Shown one piece after another: positions 63,901 to 64,000 of a DNA stretch of 64,000 nt. This DNA is from an uncultured candidatus Porisulfidus sp. (GTDB taxonomy: Bacteria > Pseudomonadota > Gammaproteobacteria > Poriferisulfidales > Poriferisulfidaceae). The position numbers and the translations under genes were made by a program. Every line of letters starts with the position of its first letter. Position 1 is the first letter of the stretch. The stretch covers positions 832,001 to 896,000 of the forward strand of contig OZ241993.1 of the NCBI GenBank assembly GCA_965204575.1. The letters run 5' to 3'. The notes under the pieces were generated by a model. The model made no database searches, had not been told where the DNA came from, and saw only the letters and a program-made list of their open reading frames with translations.

Positions 63901-64000
63901 TGTTCCCTTTGCGGGATCGCGAACCCGGCGGGGATGCCGGCTTCCAGAGGGAAGCGTTGCAGCAGTTCTTGGAAGAAGGAATGGAAGGTCGCGATGCGGA
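60930..64000 (-). CDS. AddA/RecB-like UvrD helicase-nuclease (5' part beyond window)
   Basis: TFHSF, VDEFQDT, VGDTKQSIYQWR, TVHAAKGLE, YVAFTRAR; C-terminal RGRAIH..IIDRL..IDFKS nuclease. Confidence 0.9.
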   Translation of the reverse strand, partial: RIATFHSFFQELLQRFPLEAGIPAGFAIPQREQAARLHQASEDLLFEETLRNPGSELAESMNAIMAEIPNLWNLRRILEGFRGHILEWRAFEGEFTLEQLRAHLHDEVFRLDEDSDPIQISKIEPGIRRLAGLLQKSGASEKSNQARAAVKLCRALDDDEAGSLEQIQHLHQALDDPKGEGIRRSLIPTQDAVRKRLGEDNARELEQQLDSWHQSTSESLDELRRRKACELNGHWYTVVGRLAENYQRLKQTYGYMDYDDLLWFANRLMNGGIEWVQYKLGQRFRHVLVDEFQDTDALSWQTLQVFLEALHETEDGSSSAFIVGDTKQSIYQWRRANPEIQKEAGIYLQSYLQADEPASMDASRRSSEVIIDFVNAAFGEGGLFPLPDFPSHQTRLAELWGRVELLPFIPKEPRNKSPEHFPGEPLRNPLTEPRPETRSTHLEQMADQIAQRIRQIVDERIAIEDREGGARAARYRDCMILVNRRTHVPQIEHALARLKIPFARQSRQTLLNHLEVRDMQALLQSLIRPADDLHLVQVLRSPLYNITDEELMELARTNAGAGRWVERLEILAQQKDPDHPLRRADGDFKKWRKLIGHIPTHDLLDRIYFETDALRCYRYAWPNEERGERAVSNLTRFIELTLEFDSGRYPSTAAFVHFIEEMRCGRVEGYDAPDLVSLKSDDQDDRVQILTVHAAKGLESPIIVYAELDKPTKQGRQGDILLDWPADEARPRRFLFRPRKEDMDSCSLECLELAHQKRQAEELNRAYVAFTRARQMLILCQYKELHEELRELFPGAPGKEDRLLARGPKPPTLSADAAPPPSVPEPDCTGLGTPLALPSTASPSMVGELDETGDVDGILERQRALERGRAIHALIERLGASEPDRTELERLAHDHNRDLEGPDFQDWLDEARRVVADPELDPVFRPGAQTRVYTEVPVACKTEAGEGFGIIDRLLLSPDMAWVIDFKSHATEDPEELAGIAERYAGQMNEYARYIRLVYPDRPVRCSLLFTRSRRLHDMPDP

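Overview
This is a GC-rich gammaproteobacterial-type chromosomal segment; the taxonomy is inferred from gene order. The core backbone comprises the glnA 5' end; efp; psd/SCO; a cobalamin riboswitch with a BtuB-like receptor; the conserved gyrA-serC-pheA-hisC-tyrA-aroA-cmk-rpsA-ihfB-lapA-lapB-pyrF run; tRNA-Met; gltB; dnaG; valS-holC-pepA; lptFG; an RDD gene; xerD-dsbC; and a partial AddA-like helicase-nuclease. Four accessory patches interrupt it. (1) 0.3-5.3 kb: a MauG/BthA-like di-heme protein, a secreted-protein gene split by a 1.3-kb transposase-less TnpB element, and two orphan antitoxins. The element has imperfect terminal inverted repeats and an AATT duplication, which is not IS200/IS605-like. 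(2) 22.9-34.4 kb: DUF2188, XRE-ImmA and PIN genes around overlapping divergent promoters, then UDG-like + PPTase genes, yjgN with a truncated partner, and a 1708-aa exonuclease-RecQ-UvrD fusion. (3) 40.8-44.6 kb: an outer-membrane barrel, a PEPCK-fold protein whose Walker A loop appears relocated to the extreme C-terminus, and an MNT-HEPN pair. (4) 52.8-59.3 kb: an AT-rich defence island (R-M enzyme, ApeA-like HEPN, second HEPN protein) whose last gene reads in frame into the host RDD gene. The strongest novelty candidates are the TIR-bounded TnpB element, the permuted PEPCK-like enzyme and the R-M/double-HEPN island with the HEPN-RDD fusion. All calls come from motif recognition by eye; no searches were run.
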